A stretch of 64,000 bases of DNA from NCBI RefSeq assembly GCF_009914755.1, contig NC_060926.1; one strand, written 5' to 3'. This DNA is from the human T2T-CHM13v2.0 reference genome, Homo sapiens. The notes under the pieces are model-generated. The model was not told the DNA's origin. It did not search any database and saw only the letters and a program-made list of their open reading frames with translations. The translations under genes were made by a program, and so were the position numbers. This document shows, one piece after another, positions 12,531 to 25,324 of this stretch; position 1 is the first letter of the stretch; each line of letters starts with the position of its first letter.

Positions 12531-15500
12531 AAAAAGCCTTCTTTTTCCTCGAACTCTGTCTTCTCTTCGTGGATGGGTAATTGTGTCCTGTACTACAGGA
12601 CACTTCCCTTAGATGCATCCTCAAATGGGGAAAAGTTAAGATCCCCAAACTTTAAACTGCTTAGCTTAAATGAGCTCAGGGGAAGGGAACCCAGAAGCCT
12701 GACATGCCCCGAAAAGGGCAAAAGTTCTTACCAGTCAGACTTCTGGCCTCCCTCTCCCTGTGCAAACCAGTTGAATGAATGATAAAATTACTGCTTATAT
12801 CCTCTGTAAAGTTTTGATTAATGGAAAAAAGGATTTGTGCCTTGTCTTAAGCTGTAGCCAATCTGGTGCACTTTGTGTGTCTTTCTGTATGGTTCTGTCA
12901 TAAAGAGGGGTACTTCAGGCTAGAACGTGGGCCTAGTCTCCCATAAGCCTGCTGTTTAAGCCAGCCTAGCAAATTGGTCAGTAACAAACTTTGCTGCAAG
13001 TCTCCATCTTGTTTTATGTCTTTGGGGGCTTGACCTTGTAACCACGTGGCAGTACTCTCTTTTGGTCTTTGCCATTTTAATGGCCACATGGTATCAATCC
13101 TGGCTTAGGGAATGAGTACTTTCTGGTTAATACCTTTGTGACTTTTTACCATTTGGTGATTATCTTCCCCTCCATGAACAACTTCTAGCTTCCTTTCTTA
13201 AATCTTCCCTTCCCTGAGCTACCTATAAAGATTCCAGATTTTGTAAAAACTGTTTTCCACCTCTGAAAATACATTGAACACCTTGAACACTAAGGTTAAG
13301 TCATAACCTTAGTTGAGGCTTATTGGCTTCACCTGTGAGATTAATTTTGGTAAAGCTCAAAAGCCAGAAATATTGGCCGCTTTGCATGGCTAAAATCAGG
13401 TAATAAGGAATTTAAAAGGATTTCCTTAAAGTGTACTCAATTTAATTAAAAATGGATCTCCAAGCTATAGATATATCTAAAAGGACTCTATGTTTTTCTC
13501 TTCTTGGATCTTGTTTTTTTTTTTTTTTTTTTTTTTTTTTTTGGAAAAGGTTTTTTTCTCAGTCAACTGTATTACTTTTCTCCATTTTGTCTTGCCACTC
13601 TTAATGCACAAGTCAGAGGCCCTAAGATAACTTCTGATGGCCTGGGATGCCTGGGGAAAAACAGAGAAGGTGCCACAGACTCCATTTTGGGAAAAAAATA
13701 TTTGTTTTCCTCATGGAACCCCAGGAATTAAAAGCAAATAGGTCCCTCTCAAAATTTGTTTTTGTCTTCCAGGTATGCCTGCTTTTTGGCCTGGGAAACT
13801 ACATGTTTCCCTAGCCCTGCTTCTTGGAGAGCTATACCCTGAGTCCAGTAATTTCAATTAGGAGATAGGCAAATGAAAATTCTTACAACTATTGGATCTT
13901 CTTCTGTCTGTGTAATCATATATGTGTTAGATGTGTGATGGTTATATAGAAATAGAGCTCTAATTAATTGGCTTAAAGAAAAATAAGCACTTAGATCAAA
14001 TATTTTTTGAAGGAAAAATAAAAGCTATAATGCCTTTTAGTTCATGTGACTTTAATCTTTGAGAAATAAAAGTCTTAAAGATTATTGGTAAAATACAAAT
14101 GTCTTCAAAATGTAAATATGTGGTCTAAAGTATGCAGGTCAGATACTAGGTTTGCTAAATGTTTTAAGGTTATAAGCTGCTTCTTTAGCCTTTGAGAACT
14201 GCTCAACTTGCCTGCTTTACAATTTGGTAAGGCCTAGGGACATATGGAATTAACCACGTCACTAACTATGCTGGAGTCAGATCTTATCTGTGCCTAGTAC
14301 ATAATTAAAATAACTTACCAGGTTTTACACTAAAATTAAAAATTGCTAAGAGTTGCCATCATAACATGTAATTGAGACTACTTAAAATAGATTTATATAC
14401 AAGCTGTGTAAGGAAAGTAAAATGCGTTTTTAGTAAAAGGTTATAAGAAGGCATGAGAATGTAAATTTTTGCTTAGGGTTAGAGAATAGTTTTGAAATAG
14501 AAAAGATAAAGCTGAAGGTTTAAACAAATGGTGGAAGATTTGTAAAAAAGAATCTTGCAAAAGAAATTCTGTGTGTGAACATATTGACCAACTTCAAAAA
14601 GGTACTATATAGTTTTTCCATAAACTGAGTATTGAAATAAAAGCACGACAAGGTTTTCTTAAGGTATTGATCTGTTATTTAACAAAGATTTGTAAAGGGT
14701 TATAAAAGGTTTACAAGAATCTCACTGCAAGGTCAAACTGGTTAAGATGAGATAGAATTATGTTTAAGGTTTCATTTAAAAATTGGGGTTGATATTAATA
14801 GTAGACTAATGCAAGGGTAAAATTTGGCTTTCTGTCTCTTGAACAAGATTTTCATGTAATAGTAAAGGATAATAAGAGGTTTTTGGTCTTTCTTAAAATT
14901 TTTGAGTCATGATTTTGGCTAAATAACTTAGGGTAATCTGGAATTCTATTTCATAATATCAAGTGTTGTGAACCTTTACTCTTTTGGTAGGCTTCACAAA
15001 ATCAAACTTCAGTTTCAATGTTGTCTTTCCTGACCCCTAACTTTTAGATGCTAGAGAGGGCCCCTGGAGCATCCAAAAGATAGGTAAACAGGATTATTTG
15101 ACATTTTTAGTTATTTCCAAAGTGATGTTTTATCTTCTTTAGGTTATATTTTAGTGAACAATAAGTGTATATGTTCCAAAATTGTATGGGATGTCTAAAA
15201 TTCTAATGTCTGAGTACATGCTATCAATCATAATAAAGGTTATTATGTTAACCTATTGTAAACTACAGAAATAACCAAATTTCTTTGTCAATCATGTTTT
15301 TGACTGTAACTATCCTGGGTATTTTGTCATTCACAGACAATTGTTGTCTTGCTTTGATCCTTTCCAAAAAATGGTTTATAATCAGATATAGGACTTGGAC
15401 AGGAGCTCTGAAACACAAGTTTCTGATATCTTTGGAGATTGTGGCATTGGAATAGAGGGAAGCATATGGGACTCATAAAGAGCTGAAATGCTCATGAATA

Positions 15501-16688
15501 TCAAGCAGAACAAGAGTTAACTGAATGGACTGAACTAATAGAAAACTGAATTAATCATTTAACTTTTTACTTAAAATGTTGTTGATCCTTGTTTTGTTTT
15601 TCAGAGTCAAGGAAATTTATTTTGAACTATTTAGAGCCTTTAATAATTGAGTAAGCTATACTCCTGTGAACAAAATTTTGAGCATATTTGTTTCTTTCTG
15701 CCTGGCTTCTCCAGAATTTGTAAACTATTTGTGAGTATTCTTAACTTACGGCAATATATTTATTTGCATCAGTGCAGTAAGAATCCATTATCTTTTTATA
15801 ACAGGTCACAATTGGAGAAACTGGTTGTTTTACCAAGGCTTTGACTGGAAGGATGTGCTTCCCTTTAAGGAATCAAGCATGACCTGCAGAACCAATTAAA
15901 GCTCCTTAGGAACTTTGGCCTCATACCTTGTCTAAAGAGTCCCTGTACAGGGTTCCTAACCTGTGGTGAGTAAAGAATGTCACTTTCTAACAGGCCCAGG
16001 AGCCCTATGTTCTGGGGACCTCAAGAAGAGAGGAATTTGCCCAAATCATAGGTATTTCAGAGTACAAATCCATGGCTGGGCTAGGCTTTAAAAGGTCTTA
16101 TCTGAGATTCCTTGTAGAACAGAGTTCTATTAAAGCCAATTTAAAAGCCTATGTTAAATATAACTATTCTTGCTGTACTTTATGCAGATAATCAAGCCAA
16201 GTATAAGACTTAAGTTTATTTTACAAAGAACTCAGTCCTATCATGATTTGTTTTTGACAAAAATGAGGACTGGAGAGAGAAAAATTGTTTCAAAACTTAA
16301 CATACACTTGTGATTCCATTCTAATCTCATCAGTTGTTTTCAAGCTTTTGCCAACATTTTAGACTAATCCTGCTTATTCCTGTGAACAAACCAGTGATAC
16401 CCAGCTGCAGCTCAGAAGAAACAAAAGGGATGGATAATGTAAAAATCTGGATCAATATTTTAATTCTGGGCAATTATCCTGCAAATCCTGGAGGTTTTTT
16501 TGTTTGGGAAAATAAGACCAAGGGAGTCAACCAAAGCTAAGCCCCATGCATCCAAATCTTAGCAGGGATAACTATAGCCACCAGTTATCTGGGCATGTCA
16601 GCAATCTTGGGATTGTGGAGCTGTCCTTACTCCCTTGATTCATTTTGATTTACAGCTTCTGATAACCCAAATTGCTTCTTCTTGCTAA

Positions 16689-16784
16689 AAGGCCATTAAA
16701 CTTCAAATGGCGATGCAAATGAAACCATGCATGGATGTGCCATTCTTCCATGGACCCTTAAACAGACCTCAGGAGGAGCCCTAA
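16689..16784 (+). pseudogene. env cytoplasmic-tail remnant
   Basis: Translates KAIKLQMAMQMKPCMDVPFFHGPLNRPQEEP*, like the HERV-W/ERV9 TM tail (AxKLQM..QMEP....GPLDRP); followed by cagcaggaagcagt and PPT gaagaagggaa (16882-16892). Confidence 0.75.
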
Positions 16785-16892
16785 CTGCCACTTTCCCAAA
16801 ACAGAACTCCCTGTCAGCAGGAAGCAGTTTAGAATGGTGATTGTCTACTTTCCCCAACAGCCGTTGGGGGTCTCCACTCCTGAAGAAGGGAA

Positions 16893-17327
16893 TGAAAGGA
16901 GTTAGCTTTCTTTAGGCAGACAGTAAGGAAAGGTCCCCAGAGAACCTGTGACCAGCCCCACAAGTGCTGACACCAGATGTTTTGTGCAGATAAGAGAACT
17001 TACACAGTTCTCTTAAGCATGCCTGCAGTGGACTAAGGGCCCGCATGCGCACTGGGGGGATGGAGGGGAGCCACCTGGAATTCATGCCTTATACAAATAT
17101 GGAACCCAGCCCCATCAGCTTAGATATATAGAAGCCTTTGTATTCAACTGAGAAGGGGGGAAACTGGGAACCCGCTTTCAGAGCCCCTCTCTCTTTGCTG
17201 AGAGCTTTCCTTTCACTTAAAAAATTCTACTCCACTCATTCTTTGAGTATCCATGTGCCTACTTTTTCCTGGTCATGAGACAAGAACCCAGACCTAGCTG
17301 AGCTAAGGAGCAAAAAATCCTGCATCA
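16893..17327 (+). repeat. 3' LTR of provirus
   Basis: tgaaaggagttagc...aaatcctgcatca, colinear with the 5' LTR. Confidence 0.92.
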
Positions 17328-17585
17328 GTATTGTGAATTTTGTTTTTAGTAATTTCAAGAGTGAAGAATCAATGAGTCTTTATACAAATAATTGTTGAAA
17401 ATTTGCCTTAAGTATAATTTTAAAACCATGAAATTATTATTGAAAAGTACTGCTATATATAAAACCACTTTTTGTTTGTTGTTGTATCTGAAAGACTTTT
17501 CAAATCATGTCATTGAAGAAATTCAGGACTAAATTTATCCAATTTGAAGGAAACTACAGAACATGTTAAGATATTTTGTACTAAT

Positions 17586-17675
17586 ATCTACGGCCATACC
17601 ACCCTGAGTACATGTGATCTCATCTGATCTCAGAAATGCAACAGAGTTGGTCCTGGTTAGTACTTGGATGGGAGA
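17586..17675 (+). pseudogene. 5S rRNA retropseudogene, 3'-truncated at about nt 90
   Basis: atctacggccataccaccctgag...tcctggttagtacttggatgggaga aligns to 5S rRNA nt 1-90 with CpG decay; the last ~30 nt and terminator are absent. Confidence 0.95.
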
Positions 17676-18269
17676 AACTTTGTACTCTTAAGCCTGAGAT
17701 GACAAATAATTTTAAACATTAGCTAAGAAGAAAAAGTCAATGTTATTTCCTCATTAAAATTTCTTCATTACAAATCAGCCTGCATTCCTAAAGAAGTACT
17801 AAATCATAAATACTTGTTTTGGATTTATGTCAAAAATAAGCATAAATTGAGAAACACTGAGTCACAATGAAGAGATAATGAACCTGTTCATAATGAACAA
17901 AGTTCAATATAAGTAAAAGGCCATAATCTTTCAGTTCTTCTTTAAGTCAGTAATATCAGGGTGGTTTTGCTTTTTCTGTAACTGTGCAGCATACGACCAA
18001 CAAAAACCCCCATCCCACTATTCTAATCTGAAATCAGCATAAAGTAGATGGTATATAAATTTAAACAAGAGACCGTGCTGGAAATGAACCTCCATGGCAA
18101 TGATAGCTTTGTAGGCTTTTTGAAGAGTTAACTAACCACTCAGATTAGGACATTTGGTGTCACAGTCAAATGTTACAAGTATGTCCAACTGCCACAGTAA
18201 CTCCTGAGGAGATTTAGGGGACAAATGGGGAAACAGAACAGAATCATAAAGAGGATATATTTTAGAGAA

Positions 18270-18500
18270 TGAGAACTTCACTTTTGGAATCAAATTACCT
18301 CAGTTTGAAGGCTACGTCCATCATTTACTATAAGACCTAAGCAAGTTGCCTCCACTCTCTAAGCTTAATTTCTTCTCTATGAAATGCATATGGATAATAA
18401 CGGCACAATCTCACAGTGCTGTCATACAGATTAAAATTGAGAATCCACTAAACCATTTACCACTGAGCCTGGCACATATTAAATGCTCAATCAATGTCAG
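18270..18500 (+). mobile_element. MIR SINE
   Basis: gcaagttgcctccactctctaagcttaatttcttctctatgaaatg core; 3' cctggcacatattaaatgctcaat. Confidence 0.75.
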
Positions 18501-18966
18501 AAATCATGAAAGTTACCATAATTCTATTTTCATGCCAATAATATACTTACATGAATCCTAAATGTTGGGAATCTATTATGGCTCTAAAGTCTACATAGAC
18601 TTAAAGATTATATGGCTTTTTTAATATTCAGAAATTTCTTTCTTGTGACCTAAGTTATTTTGTGATTAAATCTGAACTAATTTTCTTGAGTACTTTCCTT
18701 AGTAAAGCTACAGGAAAATTATACTTGTGGACTAGTAGTAAATTTTTTCTCATCTTCTGTTCCACAGATTAATACCTTCTGGCTCATTAAGGTCCCTTCA
18801 CACATCTTATTTCCTGATTATCTCAAAATGGGTTTCCACTGAATTCACCAGACATTCCTCTTATGTAATAAAGGCCAACTTATAGAACTATTTGGTCATA
18901 GTACGACAAATACTAAGTTTAAAGGAAATGTAAACTATTGTTACTTTCATAATATGGCCTTGTAGC

Positions 18967-19012
18967 ATTTAATTTAATTTAATTTAATTTAATTTAATTT
19001 AATTTAATTTAA
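18967..19012. repeat. (ATTTA)n pentanucleotide repeat, about 9 units
   Basis: Seen directly. Confidence 0.95.
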
Positions 19013-19299
19013 TAATTAGCATGTGTAAATGCTATATACTGTTATGTAGTGTTTCTCCAAGTAATTTATAATGTCTTGAGTATCTATACTAGGTTTTATA
19101 TTTCTGTGTTTCTAGAATCTACCCACTGCCCAATGTGGACTCTGTGTGTGTGGGGGGGAGGGTGGGGGTGTGCACGTGTGTGTGGTTAATGCTGTTAATT
19201 TGAATTCCTATCTTCATCTCTGCAATGGGCCACTGCTGTTTGATTCTCCTGCTTTACAGGCTTGCTTCTCCCTCTGCATTTTTCTGGTGTGACTGTCAG

Positions 19300-19680
19300 T
19301 CAAGGGACTATACTTTTTCCTCCACAAGATGATCACATGGCCCAAGATGGTCAATAAGAGTCTTCTTTTTCTGGGAATAATATGGACACTGGAAGAAAGA
19401 AGGTCCTTCTCCCCAAATTACTAACTGTGAGCATTAGGTGAGACAGGAGAGTCTGAGGAACTTGCTGCTATTAGGTGGGGAGTGCAGTCAACACAGAAGC
19501 AAGGGAGAGAATGTCACTAGTTACACAAAAATGTATATAGCTCACCCCAAAGCAGATCTTTCTCTGTACCTTTCAGTAATATGGCCCAATAAACTTCCCC
19601 TCTTCCTTTCATTTTTTTGCTTAAAGTGGTTTGAGTTGGATTTCTGTTACTTGCATTCTGTTACAGTATTGACTGATACA
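19300..19680 (+). mobile_element. Old MaLR LTR (MLT1-type) fragment
   Basis: aataaacttcccc...ttgagttggatttctgttacttgca...gactgataca is the typical MLT1 3' end. Confidence 0.65.
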
Positions 19681-20764
19681 ATGGCCAATAAAGATTTGAA
19701 ATCCACGGCACCATCTTCTTTAACTATTCGGATACTCATACTTATCCAGGGAGAGTGGTCTAATACAAAACTTGTCAAAGCTGAATATGGCAACAAAATA
19801 ATATGTTTCATCCTAAAAATTGGCACAATATTTGAACTAAACTAGCCTCAGGAATAACAAAATCTTAGAATAGTGCAAAAGTGTGGTTCACTTTTATTTA
19901 AAAGGGGGCAGATATAGCCAATAATTTGATCTTCAATTGAGAAGTGCAACTGCTTGGTAAAAGGAGACCTTACCTTTGTTCTCCGCCCAAATTTTCTTAC
20001 AATTCATTGTTTACTCTCCACCACTCCATTGGAATTTGGTAGAAATGGCCAGCCAAGGGCTTGCCTCCCTGAGATGTACACTACTGCACATCAGCCTTTA
20101 CTGGCTGGACTGTAGTGCAGGAAAAAAAACACACACATCTTCTGAGAATTATTTTCTCTTTTCTCCAAATAAATAAAGAAGGTGAGATGAAATATGGCAA
20201 AATGAAATATGACATGATGCATTCCAGAAGACCAATAAGGCCAAAAGAGGACTATGGATCCAAAATAACAGCAAGAATTGAAGTCTTGCCTAACAAAAGA
20301 TTTCAGAAGGAAGGCATTTGCTTTGGAGATTTTTGACTGCAGACTTACTCTTGCTTAATCCCACGCAATACCCTCAGTGGTTCATTTGAATCATTTAAGA
20401 TGCTACTATGTGTCATATAATCATACCAGGCACTGGTCATACAAACACCTCATGCTGCATTCATTCTTTGGTACCTAGAGATTCCCACATGTGTTTCACT
20501 CCAGATTTTTATTCCTTATTTTGGAAACTTCTCACCTTCAAAACGCACTTAAGGGTTTATATTCCCCAAACACTATCCCAAACTCCCAATGTAGCTAAGG
20601 TTTCCTCTCTCAGCACCATCTGCACACACAGTGTTTACCCATAGAAAAATACTTTACATTGCACTGTAAAGTCAATGTACTGTACTTCTCTACTTCCTTC
20701 GAGACTCAAAGGCAGAGATTTGCCTTTTAATTCTGAATTCCCAGCACCTAGCACTGTGTGTGTT

Positions 20765-21056
20765 TATACATTATATATGGATATATATTATACATTATAT
20801 ATAATATACATATTGATATACATTTATATGTTATATACAATACATATATTATATACATTACATGTTATATACAATATAATATATAATATGTATGTTACAT
20901 ATACACATACTATGTATGTATGTATTATATTCAGCACATATAATATATAACATGTATATTATATATACACACATAATATGTATATTATATATACACATAA
21001 CATGTAATATATAGTATATAGTATATAATGTATATATTATATATTATATATAATAC
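20765..21056. repeat. Degenerate (TA)n/(TATAA)-rich low-complexity tract embedded in an L2 3' end
   Basis: About 290 bp of TA-rich repeats; flanks ccagcacctagcac... and caatacatgcttttgaatgaat are L2 3'-end-like. Confidence 0.85.
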
Positions 21057-22167
21057 ATGTCAATACATGCTTTTGAATGAATAAACAAATACATGAATGA
21101 CCAACGAATGAATGAATGAATGACCACATAGTCCCTGTGTTGAAGAAGATGACTCTAACTGAGGAGGTAAATAACTAATTGCCTAATTCTAATTTAACGT
21201 GTAATAGAGATAAGATCCAAGTGGTGAGACAGAACAACAGGAGCAGCGATTATTCTTTTCATCAATGCCTTTTTCTCTTGATGACTACTCTATTGTTTGT
21301 GCACTGTAGAGTGTTTAAAATTTATTGTTGAATAATCTATAAGCAAAATCTTGACTTCTTTTGAAGAAAGAAATATCATACAAATCTATTACGTGAATAA
21401 AATAAGAAAGAACATTGGATTAAGGAAATACTGCTGGCTGCCTACAGCAAACATGTTGAAAATTTCCTGACAAAGAGAATCTCCATGCAGGCCTAAAGAA
21501 AATAAAAAGACAAGTAAAGTCTTTTGGTTATTACTAAGTTGTTTTTGGTGACCAGAGGACAACTAATGTTAAAAGTAGTGAATATGGAAATTTCAAAGAT
21601 AGCTGCAATTAGGAAACTTCACAAATACAAAATGAAGTATGTAATCCTATAAATGAGTTATTGAAGAGCTCTGCTTTCAAGTGCTTAAATAAAATTTCCA
21701 GAGGCTATGCCTGCAGGAGGAAGTTCTTGATATTTGATCTCTACATTGTTTGGTTTGACATGTGGACAATTGGAAGGTTTGTCACTAAGAGCTAAAAGGG
21801 GCCCCTACAAAGAAGATAAAGCATTCCTACTGATGCCTTTTTTCCCAGTTTCTGGTCTCAGCCTTTATTCAGTCCCTTATTATTTCTAGCAAGGACCATA
21901 GCAACTTAAGTGTTTCACCTGACTCCAGAATTTCCTCCCATTCATTGTATTTTTTACACTGTAAAAAAAGAGAGAACTTTTATAAAATATGATCAAATTC
22001 TGATCTTCCAGCAGTTTGAAAAAGGCTTTTGCCTGTATCATACCTCTCCAGTTGGGGTACTTTGGAGAGTGGGAGGGGGATACTCCACAATTTGTGGGAA
22101 GCATAAGAAGCTTTAGGAAAACTCTGGGGTCTTTCTGTGGGCCTCAGATTCACTCAGTGGTAAGTAG

Positions 22168-22535
22168 TCATCTTAGTCCATTTGGGCTGCTAAAATAAAA
22201 TACTCATCAACTGGGTAGCTTACAAACAAGAGAAATGTATTGTCCACAGTTATGGCGGCTGTGAAGTCCAAGATCAAGTTGCCAGCCTATTTAATGCCTG
22301 ATGAGGGCTTGCTTCCTTGTTCATAAATAAGCTCCATCTTTTCATTGTAACCTCACAGTGCAGAAGGGGGCCAAAGAGCTCTCTGGGGCCTCTTTTACAA
22401 GGACACTAATCCCATTTATGAGATCTCCACACTCATGACCTATTCTGAAAGGTCCCACCTCCAAATGCCATCATGCTGGTGATTATGTTTCAACACATAA
22501 ATTTTGGTGGGTACACAAACATTAGGTCTATAATA
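22168..22535 (-). mobile_element. MaLR solo LTR (MLT1A/MSTD-like)
   Basis: tcttagtccatttgggctgct...gaagtccaagatcaag...ggacactaatcccattt...tttcaacacataaattttgg. Confidence 0.82.
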
Positions 22536-25109
22536 ATATTTTAAAAGATTTTTAAATGTTAAAACAAATATTTCTATATTACAAAGCTAAATTTGAAAGT
22601 CACAGGGCTTTTAAAGATAAAGTGTGAGACCAAAAAAAATGCAAAGCTTTTGATGGAAACTGTTGCATTTTACTCAAACCCCCATGGCACTTATGTGAAA
22701 AGGTAGAAAAGTGTTATTTTGAAGGTAAATTTTCCAGACTAGCCTCTCGCCAGCTCAGAAAACCACTTGTTCTAAAAAGTCATATGGACTTTACTGCTTT
22801 CATAACTTTGTTCTTGTGTTTTTTTCTACCTGGAATTCTTATCCCTTCCCTTGGCTAACTCTTCCATCCATTTATGCACTCATTTATTCAGCAAACATTT
22901 GATGAACTCCATTCTGCCAGGTGTTCTACTAAGGCCCTCGTGATGTAGGGATAAAGAGATCCTGCAGAGATAATGAAGAGAGTTGGGGGATCATAGAAGA
23001 ATATTAATAAACATAATAATGACATGACATTGCTTGTTATGGTACGTAGTACTAGGATGGACACTTTCCACATTTCTATTTAATTCTTATATCAACTCTG
23101 AGAAGTAAGGTTTCCCAGTCCTGAAATTTGCCTTAATGTCACACAATAAATGCCACTTGCATTCATGGCCTACAATAAATGCCTGAAATAAAACACAATC
23201 CCGTTTGACTCTGATTTATGCTCTTAAAATTTACTGACTACGCAGTTTGATGTGACCTTCTAGATCTGGCTTAAATGTTTAATCCTGTCTTTTTCTTCCC
23301 TGCAAATTCTTCCCTTATAGTAGAATAACTTTCTCCCTAATATTCTTTATTACCATGCATTTCATTATTGATATTTATATATATGCTTCCTGTCCCACTA
23401 TCTGAGAAAGCCCCCAGAGCAGGTGCTTCTCAGATCTCTGTGTGTATCATGTTCTCCTGGCACAGTGGATCTGCTGAACACGGCAGCATAGGGTGGCCTC
23501 TGTGGTGGACCAAGCACATGAAAGACTTGCTGAGATCCCACATGGCTGCACACAGGCCTTAAGATGTGTTTTGTTCAGCCTAAAAAAGAGTTCAAGGCAT
23601 TTTTTCATTTGTCAACTTTAAGAAATAAAGAGGTTATCTTAAATTCTGCATTTCCAGCTTCTCTTTTAAAATGGAAAGATTTGCAAGCATTCATTAATTG
23701 GTCAAGCATTTCTGCCTAACCGCAGTTAGACAGAGCTGCATATCAGCTGTCTGCTTTAGATGGGGCCTGCACTCCACAGTTCGCCACAGTCCCCATTGCC
23801 ATGCTGTGCTTCTCTTTAAATTTTATTCCCTTATGCACTTGCAGGGCCCTGATCCTAATATTTCCAACTTTTCTTCTGTCTCCTCTTAAGTCTCTTGATT
23901 CCTATATATTCATATAATGGTAGGAATCTATAAATAATAATACTTTTAAAGTAAAAACAATTGAAAGGAAAACACAAAGCTATCAAAATGATGTCAATAA
24001 AATGTGCGTAACAGTAAACTGTTCATTTACCCATTTTACTAAATATAAGTTAAGAAAAGTGAAATGCCAAGAAAAGAAAGCCTCTTCACTACATAAATAT
24101 TAAAATATATAGAAAAAATGCTCTCAAGAATGGCGTGTATAATTTCTCATCTCAAATAAATATAGACTGCACAGGTTTATTTATAACTTGCTCATGGTCT
24201 TTTCATAGCTATTTCAGCTCACACATAAGAGGTTATCTGGAAACAGTACTATAGTGTGGTTTGTAGTGATTACAATTACAGAAAAACTTCATTAATTCAA
24301 AAACTTCAATGCTTGGGATAAAGAATGGGGGCAAGCTTGGCTTTATATTATAGAGAGTTTATGCAAAGATTTGCTAAGCAAATATACCGAGTAAATTGTT
24401 TGTAAAAGAACCGCTTGCTTGACAAATTTTAAAGTCATGAATTCCCAACAATGTAAGTGCACTGTAAGCAAAAGCTACGTACTGCTTAGGTTGGTATATT
24501 GATATAATAAGTAGAAATCATTTTTATCTACTCTCTGAAGCAGTATACCTGCTAGCTTTTCATCCTAGTTCAAGTTGCAGTATTTATTTGAAAACAATTA
24601 GATATTGTTCCAATAAAATGTGGTGTTCCACTGACTTTTCATCATCTCAGACAGCTCTTTTCCCCAAGTTAACTGACTTAGATCTGACTCTATTTAGTAG
24701 AGTAAGTCCAAAAGGATACCACAGTTCAGAGCAAATGCTAATTAGTCCCCTAAAGCTTCAATAGACACATCCATTATATTAAAAAACCATGTTTTAATAA
24801 TGTGAGAGTTGGCAGCCAAACACTAAGTGTCCAAACACGACGAATAGCAGGTTAACCACCTCTACGAAAGTGGGAGCAACCATGCCATGTTAGCCCATTT
24901 TTGCTTAGTCTTGTAATATATAAAATCATAGTATACAGCTTTATTAATCTGTTATATTAGAGAGTTACCCAACATCTCAAGATAAATAGGAGTACAAAGA
25001 AAAAATGTCTTACCTCTACCGACAGTCATTTATAAGAAAAAGAATATGTTTCATGGTGCAGAAACAAACCTCTAAAACAGTTGAAATTGATAAGAAAATT
25101 GTGTCCTAC

Positions 25110-25324
25110 CTGGGTCACTTTCTCAGTCACATTGTGTGTTCGATCTTTAACCTTGGGTGCAATAATGGTTTTATCTGAAGAAGGAGGTGATGAATTCTTT
25201 TTCTCAGTTTTGACCTCTGAAAAATTCAGAGTGAGCTGTGGAATCTTGTTAATGGTGCTGTATTTGTTGAGGTTTGAATCTGATGTGGATCCCAGGAGGC
25301 TTGACTTGATATGATTAAAAGGCC
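25110..25324 (-). CDS. KCNH7: KCNH7 internal coding exon (probably exon 6), proximal N-terminus before S1
   Basis: ttttag|GG CCT TTT AAT...GTG ACC CAG|gtagga; 215 nt, phase 1 to 0; (G)[76 protein letters not shown], KIPQxTLNF and [11 protein letters not shown] are hallmark ERG motifs. Confidence 0.97.

Larger units (their letters stand above)
10715..17327 (+). mobile_element. Full-length non-autonomous ERV1 provirus of the MER4 group (MER83-like LTRs plus internal region), antisense to KCNH7
   Basis: Two alignable LTRs (10715-11156, 16893-17327), 4-bp TSD GTAT (10711-10714, 17328-17331), PBS, PPT, gag and env remnants, AT-rich non-coding interior with no recognisable pol. Confidence 0.92.

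Noticed and set aside
17586-17675. Functional 5S rRNA gene
   Set aside because: Missing the 3' ~30 nt, many substitutions, TSD-flanked solitary copy.
1-25109. Further KCNH7 coding exons (S1 onward)
   Set aside because: No VLSLGADVLPEYK-like or transmembrane-coding segment was seen; the next exon is presumably outside the window.
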